From assembly GCA_963785405.1 (NCBI GenBank), contig CAWAVF010000002.1, positions 425,569-489,568 on the forward strand: DNA of 64,000 nucleotides, written 5' to 3'. The notes below the pieces were generated by a model, which saw nothing but the letters and a program-made list of their open reading frames with translations, did no database searches and was not told where the DNA came from. This document shows positions 34,647 through 44,419 of the stretch, piece after piece. The number at the start of each line of letters is the position of its first letter. Position 1 is the stretch's first letter. This DNA is from an uncultured Gammaproteobacteria bacterium (GTDB lineage: Bacteria > Pseudomonadota > Gammaproteobacteria > Steroidobacterales > Steroidobacteraceae). The translations under genes and the position numbers were made by a program.

Positions 34647-35334
34647 GCAATCTCAGCCAGTCCAAAAGATCCATGGGCGCATTTAAATAGGCGTCGCCGC
34701 CCCAGGCGGCTGTGTCCTCGCCGGGTAGAACGTAACCATAGTTTGCGACCAGGGCGGGCATGCCGGCCCGGTGCGCGGCCTGCACATCGCGTTCCGCATC
34801 ACCGACATAAATGCAATCCCCTGGAGCCACGCCGGCGAGCGTAGCCGCGTGCAGCAAGGGCAGGGGATGGGGCTTTTTTTCCGTGAGGGTATCGCCGCTG
34901 ACCACGCAGGCGAAGCGCGCGCGCAGTCCCAACTCCTCGAGCAAGGGCTCCGTGAGCCATGCCGCCTTGTTGGTGACGATGCCGGCCTTGATGCCCCAGG
35001 CAGCGAGAGTCTCCAATACTTGTTCGATGCCGGGAAACAGCCGCGTTCCGCGACTCAGCGCGCCGCGGTAAATCTCCAGGAAGCGCCGTTGCAGGAACGC
35101 AAAACTCTGCGGATCTGCGTCCGGAAATCCGGTTCTGACGATGCGCGCGGCGCCATGACTCACGCCGCCACGGACTGTTTCATAGGGCATTGAGGCAAGC
35201 GCTTGTTCGCCGCGCAGTGCGTTCAGAGCGCCGACCATGTCCGGCGCGGTATCGAGCAGCGTGCCGTCCAGATCGAACAACACCGCCCGCACGGCGGGCG
35301 CAGGGTTAGCTTGCGGGACGTTTGAAGTGTGCAA
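34639..35334 (-). CDS. HAD-family phosphatase (phosphoglycolate phosphatase Gph / MurNAc-6-P phosphatase MupP-like)
   Basis: 231 aa. DLDGTLLDT motif I, TNK motif, GDAERD motif. Its position next to ubiG mirrors the Pseudomonas ubiG-mupP arrangement. An alternative GTG start at 35289 would remove the 29-nt overlap with ubiG. Confidence 0.8.
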   Translation of the reverse strand: MHTSNVPQANPAPAVRAVLFDLDGTLLDTAPDMVGALNALRGEQALASMPYETVRGGVSHGAARIVRTGFPDADPQSFAFLQRRFLEIYRGALSRGTRLFPGIEQVLETLAAWGIKAGIVTNKAAWLTEPLLEELGLRARFACVVSGDTLTEKKPHPLPLLHAATLAGVAPGDCIYVGDAERDVQAAHRAGMPALVANYGYVLPGEDTAAWGGDAYLNAPMDLLDWLRLHD

Positions 35335-36016
35335 GGTAATTGATGTCGGTGTTCGGTGAAAGTCGGAATGATCGCGTCAGTGGATTGTAAGTGATCCCGG
35401 TCAGGTCGATGAGCTCGAGGCCTGCCTCGCGCCCCCATCTGGCCAGCTCCGAGGGTCGTATGAATTTCAAATATCCATGTGTACCCCGCGGCAAGATCCG
35501 CGTGATGTACTCCGCGCCGATGATGGCCACGGCAAATGCCAGCGGTTTGCGATTCAGCGTGGAAACCACGACATTCCCGCCGGGTTTTACCAGTGCCGCC
35601 AGCGCCGCCACCGCCGCCGCCGGGTCCGGAACGTGTTCGAGCAGCTCCATGCAAGTCACCAGATCGAATGCGGCTGGCTGCTGCATGGCCAACTGCTCCG
35701 CGGCTATCGACTTGTACTCCACTTCGATTTTGCCCTCGAGCGCATGCAGCTCCGCCACATCCAGCACTGCTTGCGATAGATCAATCCCGAGCACCCGCGC
35801 GCCGGCGCGCGCCATCGCCTCGGTGAGGATGCCGCCGCCGCAGCCCACATCGAGAGCGGCGGCGCCCTTGAGCTCAACGGCGCGCTGCAGGTAACGCAGA
35901 CGCAGCGGATTGAGCTCGTGCAATGGCTTGGACGGTCCGGCGGGATCCCACCAGCTCTGCGCCAACGCCGAGAATTTCGCAAGCTCAGCCTCATCAGCAT
36001 TTCGCGAAACATGCAT
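35306..36016 (-). CDS. ubiG: Bifunctional 3-demethylubiquinol 3-O-methyltransferase / 2-polyprenyl-6-hydroxyphenol methylase
   Basis: 236 aa. FSALAQSWWDP, SAM motif LDVGCGGGILTE. Confidence 0.93.
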   Translation of the reverse strand: MHVSRNADEAELAKFSALAQSWWDPAGPSKPLHELNPLRLRYLQRAVELKGAAALDVGCGGGILTEAMARAGARVLGIDLSQAVLDVAELHALEGKIEVEYKSIAAEQLAMQQPAAFDLVTCMELLEHVPDPAAAVAALAALVKPGGNVVVSTLNRKPLAFAVAIIGAEYITRILPRGTHGYLKFIRPSELARWGREAGLELIDLTGITYNPLTRSFRLSPNTDINYLAHFKRPAS

Positions 36017-36019
36017 GTG

Positions 36020-37300
36020 TCACCGTCCCGAATTCATTCGTGCAGCGAGTGCCTGGGATCGTGCGGCGACGCCGGACCATTCCAGGCGCGTAAGATTCCC
36101 ATCCAGAAGCAGTTGCCGGCCCGCCACCCAGACATCGCTTACAATGTCGCGGCCGCCGTTGAACACCATTTGCTCGAGCGGCGCGTGCGGCGGTTGAGTA
36201 CCCGGACCGGAAAGATCGATGCAGGCCAAGTCCGCCCATTTGCCGGCTTCGAGCGTGCCCATCTCGCCGTCCAGGCCGAGAACCGCAGCGCCGCCGCGTG
36301 TCGCCATGTGCAGCACATCCCAGGCGTTCAGGCTGGCGCCGCCGCTGCCGGCGGCGTGCGCCAACAGTGCAATCAGCCGTATTTCTCCCCAGATGCCTTG
36401 ACTCAACGATTCAGCGCCCGCGCTGCCCAGCCCGACGCGAATGCCCGCGGCGGCAAATGCGCCGGCCGGGGGCAATGCATTGCCGGATTTCAGATTCGCC
36501 TGTGGGCAGAGGCTGATGGCAATTCCCATGCGCTGCGCCAAATCGATATCCGCCGCGGTGGCGTGCGTCATATGCACGGCGTTGAGCGCCGGGGTGAGCA
36601 GGCCCAAATTCCACATGCGCTCGATCGGGCGTACCCCAAATTTGGCGACGCAATCGCGGATTTCGCCGGCCGATTGGTGCAGTTCGATCGTGATGCCGGC
36701 ATCCAGCTCATCCGCCAGCGTGGCGAGGTGCGAGAAATCCTCGTCGCCCAAGCTGTTAGCGTCGTGCACGGCGAACGCGGTCGAGATCAGTGGATGTCCT
36801 CGATATTCATCGCGCAGCTGCAGCGAGCGGGTCAAGGATTGCGCCGCGGTTTTTCCCCAGGGCGTTGCTGCTGCGGCCACCGGCATGCCGACCACCGCCC
36901 GCATCCCCTGCTCACCGGCCGCGCGCGCCGTCTCCTCGGGATAAAAGTTGCGATCCGCAAAGCACGTGATCCCGGAGCGGAGCATTTCGGCAATGGCTGC
37001 CAAAGTGCCGTCGCGGCTCGACTCCGCCGAGCTCGATGCGATCGCCGTTTGTGAATCGAGGCCGCGAAACAGCAGCAAGGCGGCATCCGCGTGGACGTTG
37101 ACCATGCCGGGCATCGCTAAGTGCGAAGTCCGTTGCAGCACTACGGCGGCGGAGTAGCGTTCGATCGCAAACGGGGTCGGCAAAATGTCGAGGATTCGAC
37201 CGTTGCGAACCAGCAGCGAATGATCCTCAAGCACCTCATTTCGCGCCGTCATGGGTGCAACCCAGCGGACCTCGATGCGTAAATCAGCGGCAATCTGCAT
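36020..37300 (-). CDS. TRZ/ATZ (MtaD-like) amidohydrolase-family protein with atypical metal-ligand motifs
   Basis: 426 aa. Overall family pattern (LVRNGRILDI, PGMVNVH.., IELHQSAGE, AVHMTH, LEAGKWADL). HxH reads HAD, and GTDG reads GSAG (see finding). Confidence 0.7.
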   Translation of the reverse strand: MQIAADLRIEVRWVAPMTARNEVLEDHSLLVRNGRILDILPTPFAIERYSAAVVLQRTSHLAMPGMVNVHADAALLLFRGLDSQTAIASSSAESSRDGTLAAIAEMLRSGITCFADRNFYPEETARAAGEQGMRAVVGMPVAAAATPWGKTAAQSLTRSLQLRDEYRGHPLISTAFAVHDANSLGDEDFSHLATLADELDAGITIELHQSAGEIRDCVAKFGVRPIERMWNLGLLTPALNAVHMTHATAADIDLAQRMGIAISLCPQANLKSGNALPPAGAFAAAGIRVGLGSAGAESLSQGIWGEIRLIALLAHAAGSGGASLNAWDVLHMATRGGAAVLGLDGEMGTLEAGKWADLACIDLSGPGTQPPHAPLEQMVFNGGRDIVSDVWVAGRQLLLDGNLTRLEWSGVAARSQALAARMNSGR

Positions 37301-37335
37301 GCCGCAAGTATATCGGCAAATCCCGTGCGGTTGGC

Positions 37336-37364
37336 TTAAGACCCCGGCGGATATGTGCTAGAAT
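37336..37364 (+). promoter_or_regulatory. Candidate gyrA promoter with extended -10
   Basis: TTAAGA, 17 nt spacer (ending in TGc), TAGAAT, about 80 nt upstream of the gyrA ATG. Confidence 0.4.
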
Positions 37365-37442
37365 TCCCCCATGTTGAGACCATGTCTCGCCTCCTTTAAA
37401 CCCGCTTAAATTGTAGCCTGAGGGCTCACCGGACTCTCGCAA

Positions 37443-40037
37443 ATGGCCGAGATTGCACGCGAAATATTGCCCGTAAATCTCGAAGACGAGATGCGCAAAT
37501 CCTACCTGGACTACGCCATGAGCGTGATCGTGGGCCGCGCATTGCCGGACGTCCGTGATGGCCTGAAGCCGGTGCATCGGCGCGTGCTGTACGCCATGCG
37601 CGAGCTGGCAAATGACTGGAACAGGGCTTACAAAAAATCCGCGCGCGTCGTCGGCGACGTCATCGGCAAGTATCATCCTCACGGCGACGCATCCGTGTAC
37701 GACGCGATCGTGCGCATGGCGCAGGATTTCTCGATGCGCTACCTGCTGGTCGACGGTCAGGGAAACTTCGGTTCCGTAGATGGCGATCCGCCGGCGGCGA
37801 TGCGCTATACGGAAGTGCGCATGTCGAGACTCGCCGGCGAGCTGCTGGCCGACATCGACAAGGAAACGGTAGATTTCAATCCAAACTACGACGAATCCGA
37901 AAGCGAACCCGCGGTATTGCCGGCGCGCATTCCGAATCTATTGATCAATGGCTCCTCGGGAATCGCCGTGGGCATGGCGACGAATATTCCGCCGCACAAT
38001 CTGACCGAAATCATCACCGCCTGCATCGCGCTAATTGAAAATCCGGAGATCACCCTCGGGCAGCTGATGCAGATCGTGCCGGGTCCGGACTTTCCGACGG
38101 CTGGATTCATCAACGGTGCCCAGGAAATCGTTGCAGCGTACAAGACCGGCCGTGGCCGGCTGCATGTGCGTGCGCGTACCCACATCGAGGATGTGGGCAA
38201 GGGTGATCGGCAGGCAATCATCATCACGGAATTGCCGTATCAGGTGAACAAGGCCCGCTTGATCGAACGAATCGCCGACCTGGTGCGCGACAAGCTCATC
38301 GACGGCATCGCCTCGGACGGTTTGCGCGATGAGTCGGACAAAGATGGCATGCGCGTGGTGATCGAACTGAAGCGCGGGGAAGTGCCGGAGATTCTGCTCA
38401 ACAATCTCTATGCGCAAACCACCATGGAGCAGGTGTTCGGCATCAACATGGTGGCGTTGGTCGATGGCCAACCGCGACTACTGAGTTTGAAAGAGATGCT
38501 GGATGCCTTCCTGCGCCATCGCCGTGAAGTCGTCACGCGGCGTACCGTGTACGAGCTGCGCAAGGCACGCGAGCGCGGCCACATCTTGGAAGGCCTGGCA
38601 ATCGCGCTGGCCAACATCGACGACATCATTGCGGCCATCAAGGCCTCGCCATCGCCGGCGGAGGCCAAAGTAGCATTGATGTCGCGGCCGTGGAGTCCGG
38701 GCGCCGTGCCGCAGATGCTGGAACGCGCCGGCGCCGTTAGTACCCGTCCGGATGGAGAAATCGCCGCGTTAGGGCTGACTACCGACGGTTATAGACTGAC
38801 CGAAACGCAGGCGCAGGCAATCCTCGAGATGCGCCTCAACCGGCTCACGGGACTTGAACAAGATAAGATCATCGCCGAGTTCCAGGAGCTGCTGGTGCAA
38901 ATTCGCGATCTGTCGGACATTCTGGCGCGGCCCGAACGGCTGCTGCAGGTGATTCGCACGGAGCTGGAAAACATCCGCGAGACTTTTGGCGACAAACGCC
39001 GCACCGAAATCCTCGTCAATCATGAGGATCTGACCACCGAAGATCTCATTTCGCCCGAGGATGTCGTGGTGACGCTGTCGCACGGTGGCTACGCCAAGGC
39101 CCAGCCGGTATCGGACTACCAAGCGCAGCGCCGCGGCGGCCGCGGCAAAGCCGCCACCAGCGTCAAGGACGAGGACTTCGTCGACAAGCTGTTTGTCGCC
39201 AATACGCACGACACGCTGCTGTGTTTCTCGGATAGGGGCAAGTTGTACTGGCTCAAGGTCTACCAGCTGCCGCAGGCCAGCCGCGGCGCGCGCGGCAAGC
39301 CGATTGTCAATCTGCTGCCGCTCCAAGAAGGCGAGCGCATCAGCGCCATGCTGTCAATCAAGGAATTCGAAGAAGGAAAATTCGTCTTCATGGCCACCAG
39401 CCTGGGAACCGTGAAGAAGACCTCCCTGGCGCTGTTCTCGCGGCCGCGCGCCAGCGGCATCATCGCGGTGGCGCTGGATCCCGGCGATAAACTGGTCGGC
39501 GTCGCGATTACCGACGGCACCAAGGATATTCTGCTGTTCACCACCGCCGGCAAAGCGATTCGCTTCGTCGAGGACGAGGTTCGTCCGATGGGTCGCGAGG
39601 CGGCGGGTGTGCGCGGCGTCAAACTGAGCGCCGAGCAGCGCGTCAACGCGCTGATCGTCGCCGAAAACGGCTTCATTCTCACGGCATCGCAGAACGGTTT
39701 CGGCAAACTGACGCCGCTCGAAGATTTCCCGAAACATGGCCGCGGCGGTCAAGGCGTGATCGCACTGCAGATCACCGACCGCAATGGAATCATGGTCGGC
39801 GCACTGCAGGTGAGCCTGGACGATGAGATCATGCTGATGAGCCAGAATGGCGTGCTGGTGCGCACGCCGGTAAAGGACATCTCCATCGTGGGACGCAATA
39901 CCCAGGGTGTCCGATTGATCAGGCTGGAAGAGGGCGATCAGCTGTCCGGTCTCGAGCGCATTGAGGGCCTGGCGGGCGATGGCGGGGATGAGGATGGAGA
40001 ATCCGAACTTGCCGATCCCAGCGCCTTTGACCCATAA
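37443..40037 (+). CDS. gyrA: DNA gyrase subunit A
   Basis: 864 aa. DGLKPVHRR, active-site [13 protein letters not shown] region [15 protein letters not shown]-terminal beta-pinwheel and acidic tail. Confidence 0.98.
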   Translation: MAEIAREILPVNLEDEMRKSYLDYAMSVIVGRALPDVRDGLKPVHRRVLYAMRELANDWNRAYKKSARVVGDVIGKYHPHGDASVYDAIVRMAQDFSMRYLLVDGQGNFGSVDGDPPAAMRYTEVRMSRLAGELLADIDKETVDFNPNYDESESEPAVLPARIPNLLINGSSGIAVGMATNIPPHNLTEIITACIALIENPEITLGQLMQIVPGPDFPTAGFINGAQEIVAAYKTGRGRLHVRARTHIEDVGKGDRQAIIITELPYQVNKARLIERIADLVRDKLIDGIASDGLRDESDKDGMRVVIELKRGEVPEILLNNLYAQTTMEQVFGINMVALVDGQPRLLSLKEMLDAFLRHRREVVTRRTVYELRKARERGHILEGLAIALANIDDIIAAIKASPSPAEAKVALMSRPWSPGAVPQMLERAGAVSTRPDGEIAALGLTTDGYRLTETQAQAILEMRLNRLTGLEQDKIIAEFQELLVQIRDLSDILARPERLLQVIRTELENIRETFGDKRRTEILVNHEDLTTEDLISPEDVVVTLSHGGYAKAQPVSDYQAQRRGGRGKAATSVKDEDFVDKLFVANTHDTLLCFSDRGKLYWLKVYQLPQASRGARGKPIVNLLPLQEGERISAMLSIKEFEEGKFVFMATSLGTVKKTSLALFSRPRASGIIAVALDPGDKLVGVAITDGTKDILLFTTAGKAIRFVEDEVRPMGREAAGVRGVKLSAEQRVNALIVAENGFILTASQNGFGKLTPLEDFPKHGRGGQGVIALQITDRNGIMVGALQVSLDDEIMLMSQNGVLVRTPVKDISIVGRNTQGVRLIRLEEGDQLSGLERIEGLAGDGGDEDGESELADPSAFDP

Positions 40038-40048
40038 GATTTCCGAAC

Positions 40049-41131
40049 GTGCGCGCCCTTAACTTCTCGCCGGGGCCTGCCGTGCTGCCGCTCGAGGTTT
40101 TGGAGCAAGTGCGCGACGAATTGCTGGACTGGCAGGGCGGCGGCACGTCGGTCATGGAAATCAGCCATCGCAGCAAACCCTTCCTCGAAGTAGCGGCGCA
40201 AGCGGAGGCGGATCTGCGCGAATTGATGTCGATACCACGCAACTTCAAGGTGCTGTTCATGCAGGGCGGCGCCTCCGCGCAATTCGCCTTGGTGCCGATG
40301 AATCTCACGACTGCACAAGCCACCGTCGATTACCTGAACACCGGGCACTGGTCGCGCAAAGGCATGACGGAAGCGGCAAGATACTGCAAGGTCCACGTTG
40401 CGGGCGATGCCGGCGGAAACTACACCCGAGTGCCGGCGCAATCTGAGCTGCAATTCAGCGGCGCCGCCGCGTATGCGCATTACACGCCGAATGAAACCAT
40501 TGGCGGCGTCGAATTCGGATATGTCCCCGATGCCGGCGGCGTACCGCTCGTCGCGGACATGTCTTCGAGCATTTTATCGCGGCCCGTCGACGTGACTAAA
40601 TTCGGACTCATTTATGCAGGTGCGCAGAAGAACATCGGACCGGCCGGCCTGACGGTTGTCATCGTGCGCGAGGACCTCATCGGGCACGCACGCGCGGATA
40701 TTCCGCACGTGTTTGATTACCGCGCCGTTGCGGATGATCAGTCGCTGCTGAATACGCCCCCGACATTCGCCTGGTACATGGCGGGCCTGGTGTTCAAGTG
40801 GCTGAAGCGCACGGGAGGCGTGAGTGCAATGGGCGAACGCAATCAAGTGAAGGCGCAAAAACTGTATGCCGCGATCGACGCGTCCACGCTGTACCGAAAC
40901 TCGGTCGCCGCGGATGCGCGTTCCCGCATGAACGTCACATTCACCATCAGTAAGCCCGATCTGGACGCGGCATTTCTCGCGGCAGCGGCCGATGCCGGGC
41001 TGGATGGACTCAAGGGTCACCGCGCGCTCGGCGGCATGCGCGCCAGCATCTACAATGCCATGCCGCTCGAAGGCGTGGACCGGCTCATCGCGTTCATGCG
41101 CGAGTTCGAGCGCCGACACGAGAGACGCTGA
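40049..41131 (+). CDS. serC: 3-phosphoserine/phosphohydroxythreonine aminotransferase
   Basis: 360 aa. GTG start. NFSPGPAVLP, MEISHRSK, GAQKNIGPAGLT (PLP lysine). Confidence 0.95.
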   Translation: MRALNFSPGPAVLPLEVLEQVRDELLDWQGGGTSVMEISHRSKPFLEVAAQAEADLRELMSIPRNFKVLFMQGGASAQFALVPMNLTTAQATVDYLNTGHWSRKGMTEAARYCKVHVAGDAGGNYTRVPAQSELQFSGAAAYAHYTPNETIGGVEFGYVPDAGGVPLVADMSSSILSRPVDVTKFGLIYAGAQKNIGPAGLTVVIVREDLIGHARADIPHVFDYRAVADDQSLLNTPPTFAWYMAGLVFKWLKRTGGVSAMGERNQVKAQKLYAAIDASTLYRNSVAADARSRMNVTFTISKPDLDAAFLAAAADAGLDGLKGHRALGGMRASIYNAMPLEGVDRLIAFMREFERRHERR

Positions 41132-42327
41132 TGGCCAAAGACAAATTGAGCAACGCCAAAGCTGGCCGCAAACTTAAGACCAAGCCAGCACCGAGAGCCA
41201 GCGCCAAAGCCGCGCCGCAGGCTACGCCCGGTGCGACTCCGGCCACCGCCGATCTATCGAATATCCGCGACAGCATCGATGCAATCGATGCGCGCATTCA
41301 TTCCCTGCTCAACGAACGCGCGCGCTTCGCTCAGTTGGTCGGCATCTCCAAATCGGCTTCGGGAAGAGCGGTGGATTTCTACCGGCCGGAACGCGAATCG
41401 GAAGTGCTGCGCTTGGCGCTCAAGCGCAATCATGGGCCGCTGCGCGACGAAGAGGTGGTGCGGCTATTTCGCGAAATCATGTCCGCCTGCCTCGCGCAGC
41501 AGGATCCCCTGAAGGTGGCTTTTTTGGGACCGGAAGGCACGTTCACCCAAGCAGCCGTGCTCAAGCACTTCGGCTCCTCGGTCCGAGCGCTGCCGTTGCC
41601 GGCCATCGATGAGGTATTTCACGAAGTCGAAGGCGGCGTCGCTGATTTTGGCGTGGTGCCGATCGAGAACTCGAGCGAGGGCACGGTCAATCACACCTTG
41701 GACATGTTTTTGACGTCAGGCTTGAAGATCTGCGGTGAAGTGGAACTGCGAATCAGTCACTTTCTGATGGGGAAAATGAGCGGCCTGGACGCGGTCAAAC
41801 GCATCTGCGCGCATCCCCAGGCCCTGGCGCAATGCCGGGGATGGCTCGATGATCAACTGCCGGAAGCGGAGCGCGTCGGCGTATCCAGCAATGCGGAAGG
41901 GGCGCGGCGCGCGCGTGATGAGCGCGGCACGGCGGCGATAGCCGGCCGTGCGGCCGCCGAAATTTACGGCCTTAACCTGCTTGCCAATGAGATCGAGGAC
42001 CGCTCGGACAACACCACGCGCTTCCTGGTCATAGGCCGCAAGCTGTTCAACGCCAGCGGCGCCGATCGCACCACCCTGCTGGTGTCCACAAGCGGCACCG
42101 ACGATGCCGGAGCGCTGTTCCGACTGCTCGAGCCGTTCGCGCAGCACCGGGTCAACATGACGCGCATCGAATCGCGCCCGTCGCGCAAGCGCAAATGGGA
42201 CTATGTGTTCTTCATCGACGTCGAAGGACATGTCAGCGATGCTCCGGTGGCGCAAGCGTTGACTGCGATGCAAATGCGAGCGTCGTTGTTCAAAGTGTTG
42301 GGCTCGTATCCGCGGGCCGTTCTTTGA
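41131..42327 (+). CDS. pheA: Bifunctional chorismate mutase / prephenate dehydratase (P-protein) with a ~40-aa basic N-terminal tail
   Basis: 398 aa. CM helix IRDSIDAIDARIHSLLNERARFA, PDT domain with TRF, ACT domain with ESRPSRK. TGATG overlap with serC. Confidence 0.93.
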   Translation: MAKDKLSNAKAGRKLKTKPAPRASAKAAPQATPGATPATADLSNIRDSIDAIDARIHSLLNERARFAQLVGISKSASGRAVDFYRPERESEVLRLALKRNHGPLRDEEVVRLFREIMSACLAQQDPLKVAFLGPEGTFTQAAVLKHFGSSVRALPLPAIDEVFHEVEGGVADFGVVPIENSSEGTVNHTLDMFLTSGLKICGEVELRISHFLMGKMSGLDAVKRICAHPQALAQCRGWLDDQLPEAERVGVSSNAEGARRARDERGTAAIAGRAAAEIYGLNLLANEIEDRSDNTTRFLVIGRKLFNASGADRTTLLVSTSGTDDAGALFRLLEPFAQHRVNMTRIESRPSRKRKWDYVFFIDVEGHVSDAPVAQALTAMQMRASLFKVLGSYPRAVL

Positions 42328-43658
42328 CGCGGGATTTCGTAGCGCATCCTGTGATGCGCATCTTCGGCACGATGGCGGTGCCCGGCGATAAATCCATCTC
42401 GCACCGCGCGCTGATGCTCTCCGGAATAGCCGAGGGTGTGAGCGAGGTGAGCGACTTTCTGGCCAGCGAAGATTGCCTTGCCACACTGGCCGCCATGCGC
42501 TCATTGGGAGTACGCATCGAGCAACCTGGTGACACCCATGTATTGATTCACGGTGTCGGCCTCCATGGATTGCGCGATGCCGGCCGAGCACTCGATATGG
42601 GCAACGCGGGCACGGCCATGCGCCTATTCACCGGTCTTTTGGCGGCGCAGAAATTCGATTCACGCTTGGTCGGCGACGCATCGCTCATGAAGCGGCCCAT
42701 GGAGCGCGTGGCCAAGCCATTGCGCGAAATGGGCGCCGATGTGCGCACCTTGAACGGCGCGCCGCCGGTCGATATCGGCGGCGGGCACCGCCTGCACGGC
42801 ATCGACTACCGCATGCCGATGTCGAGCGCCCAGGTCAAATCGGCAATTCTTCTGGCCGCGCTTTATGCCGATGCGGCCACCACCATCACTGCGCCGGCAA
42901 TCAGCCGCGATCACAGCGAGCGCATGCTCAAGGGTTGCGGTGTGCGCGTTGACACCGATGGGTTGCGCGCCACTCTGCATCCTCCGCAGCGTTTGCTGAA
43001 TCAGAAACTCACCGTACCCGGCGACTTTTCATCCGCCGCGTTCTTCATAGTCGCGGGCTGTTTGGGCGCGCCGCAGGAGGGCCTGACGATTTCCGGCGTG
43101 GGAATGAATCCGACCCGAACCGGATTGCTCGACATCTTGCGCAGCATGGGCGCCGACATCGAGATATTGAATGCTCGGATGAGCGGGGCCGAGCCGCTGG
43201 CGGATTTGCGGGTCCATGCGTCGCGGCTGCGGGGCGTCAAGGTGCCCGTGGAATCGGTTCCCCTGGCCATCGATGAACTTCCCGTTTTGTTCATCGCGGC
43301 GGCCTGCGCGCAGGGTGTCACCTCGGTGAGCGGTGCCGAAGAATTGCGGGTGAAGGAGAGCGATCGCATTGCCGCCATGAGCGCCGGATTTACAGCGTTG
43401 GGGGTGGTGCATACGGTGTTGCCGGACGGCATGCGCATCGAGGGCCGCGGCGAGGGACCGGCGTTCTCCGGAGGGACCGTGGACAGCTGCGGCGATCATC
43501 GCATCGCCATGTCTTTCAGCATCGCGAGCCTGCGTGCCGCAGCGCCGATCGAGATCCAGGATGTGGCCAATGTCGCCACCTCGTTTCCGGGATTTGTGCC
43601 GCTGGCCCGTTCGGTGGGATTGGCAATACGTGAGTCTATGCCAAGGGACCCCAAGTGA
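42324..43658 (+). CDS. aroA: 3-phosphoshikimate 1-carboxyvinyltransferase
   Basis: ORF 42195..43658. The TTG at 42324 overlaps the pheA stop and gives a family-typical spacing before PGDKSISHRALM. An ATG at 42354 is an alternative start. Confidence 0.92.
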   Translation: MTRDFVAHPVMRIFGTMAVPGDKSISHRALMLSGIAEGVSEVSDFLASEDCLATLAAMRSLGVRIEQPGDTHVLIHGVGLHGLRDAGRALDMGNAGTAMRLFTGLLAAQKFDSRLVGDASLMKRPMERVAKPLREMGADVRTLNGAPPVDIGGGHRLHGIDYRMPMSSAQVKSAILLAALYADAATTITAPAISRDHSERMLKGCGVRVDTDGLRATLHPPQRLLNQKLTVPGDFSSAAFFIVAGCLGAPQEGLTISGVGMNPTRTGLLDILRSMGADIEILNARMSGAEPLADLRVHASRLRGVKVPVESVPLAIDELPVLFIAAACAQGVTSVSGAEELRVKESDRIAAMSAGFTALGVVHTVLPDGMRIEGRGEGPAFSGGTVDSCGDHRIAMSFSIASLRAAAPIEIQDVANVATSFPGFVPLARSVGLAIRESMPRDPK

Positions 43659-44335
43659 GCCGGGTGCCCGTCATTACCATCGATGGACCCTCCGGATCAG
43701 GCAAAGGAACCGTCAGCCGTGCCGTCGCCAGGGCTTTGGGATGGTCGCTGCTCGATAGTGGTGCGCTGTACCGCTTGGTGGCGTTGGCGGGACGCCGCGC
43801 CTCTCTGAAACTCGATGATGAGCCGGCGCTGGCGCGCTTGGCGGGTCAATTTGACATACGGTTCGGCTCGGCTGAGTCCTTAGAGGAAATTGTATGGCTC
43901 GGGGGCCAAGAGGTGACGGGGGCGATTCGTACCGAGGAGGCCGGCAGCGACGCCTCCAAGGTCGCGGCGCTACCCGGGGTCCGCGCGGCCCTTTTGGAAC
44001 GCCAGCGCCGGTTTGCCGTCCCTCCTGGTTTGGTGGCCGACGGCCGCGATATGGGCACGGTGGTATTCCCCGGGGCGGAGGCGAAGATCTTCCTCACCGC
44101 GAGCCCCGCAGAAAGAGCCCTTAGACGCTATAAGCAGTTGAAAGAAAAGGGGGTTGCTGCTAACCTTGCCGCCCTTTCGCTGGAGATAGCGGAGCGGGAT
44201 AGGCGCGATATAAGCCGCGCGATTTCGCCTCTTATCGCAAGTGCCGACGCCCATACGTTGGATACGACGGGCATGTCCGTCGATGCGGTGATCGGGCGCG
44301 TGCTGGACATAGCCCGCGAGCATCTGTCGATTTAG
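43655..44335 (+). CDS. cmk: Cytidylate kinase
   Basis: 226 aa. P-loop IDGPSGSGKGTV. GTGA overlap with aroA. Confidence 0.95.
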   Translation: MSRVPVITIDGPSGSGKGTVSRAVARALGWSLLDSGALYRLVALAGRRASLKLDDEPALARLAGQFDIRFGSAESLEEIVWLGGQEVTGAIRTEEAGSDASKVAALPGVRAALLERQRRFAVPPGLVADGRDMGTVVFPGAEAKIFLTASPAERALRRYKQLKEKGVAANLAALSLEIAERDRRDISRAISPLIASADAHTLDTTGMSVDAVIGRVLDIAREHLSI

Positions 44336-44419
44336 GTGGCTATTCAAGGAACGAAAGCCTTTTTGTGGTAACCCCTCTAGGCACACGGGAACGGTGTCTG
44401 GGCTTCAGTAAGAGAGAAC

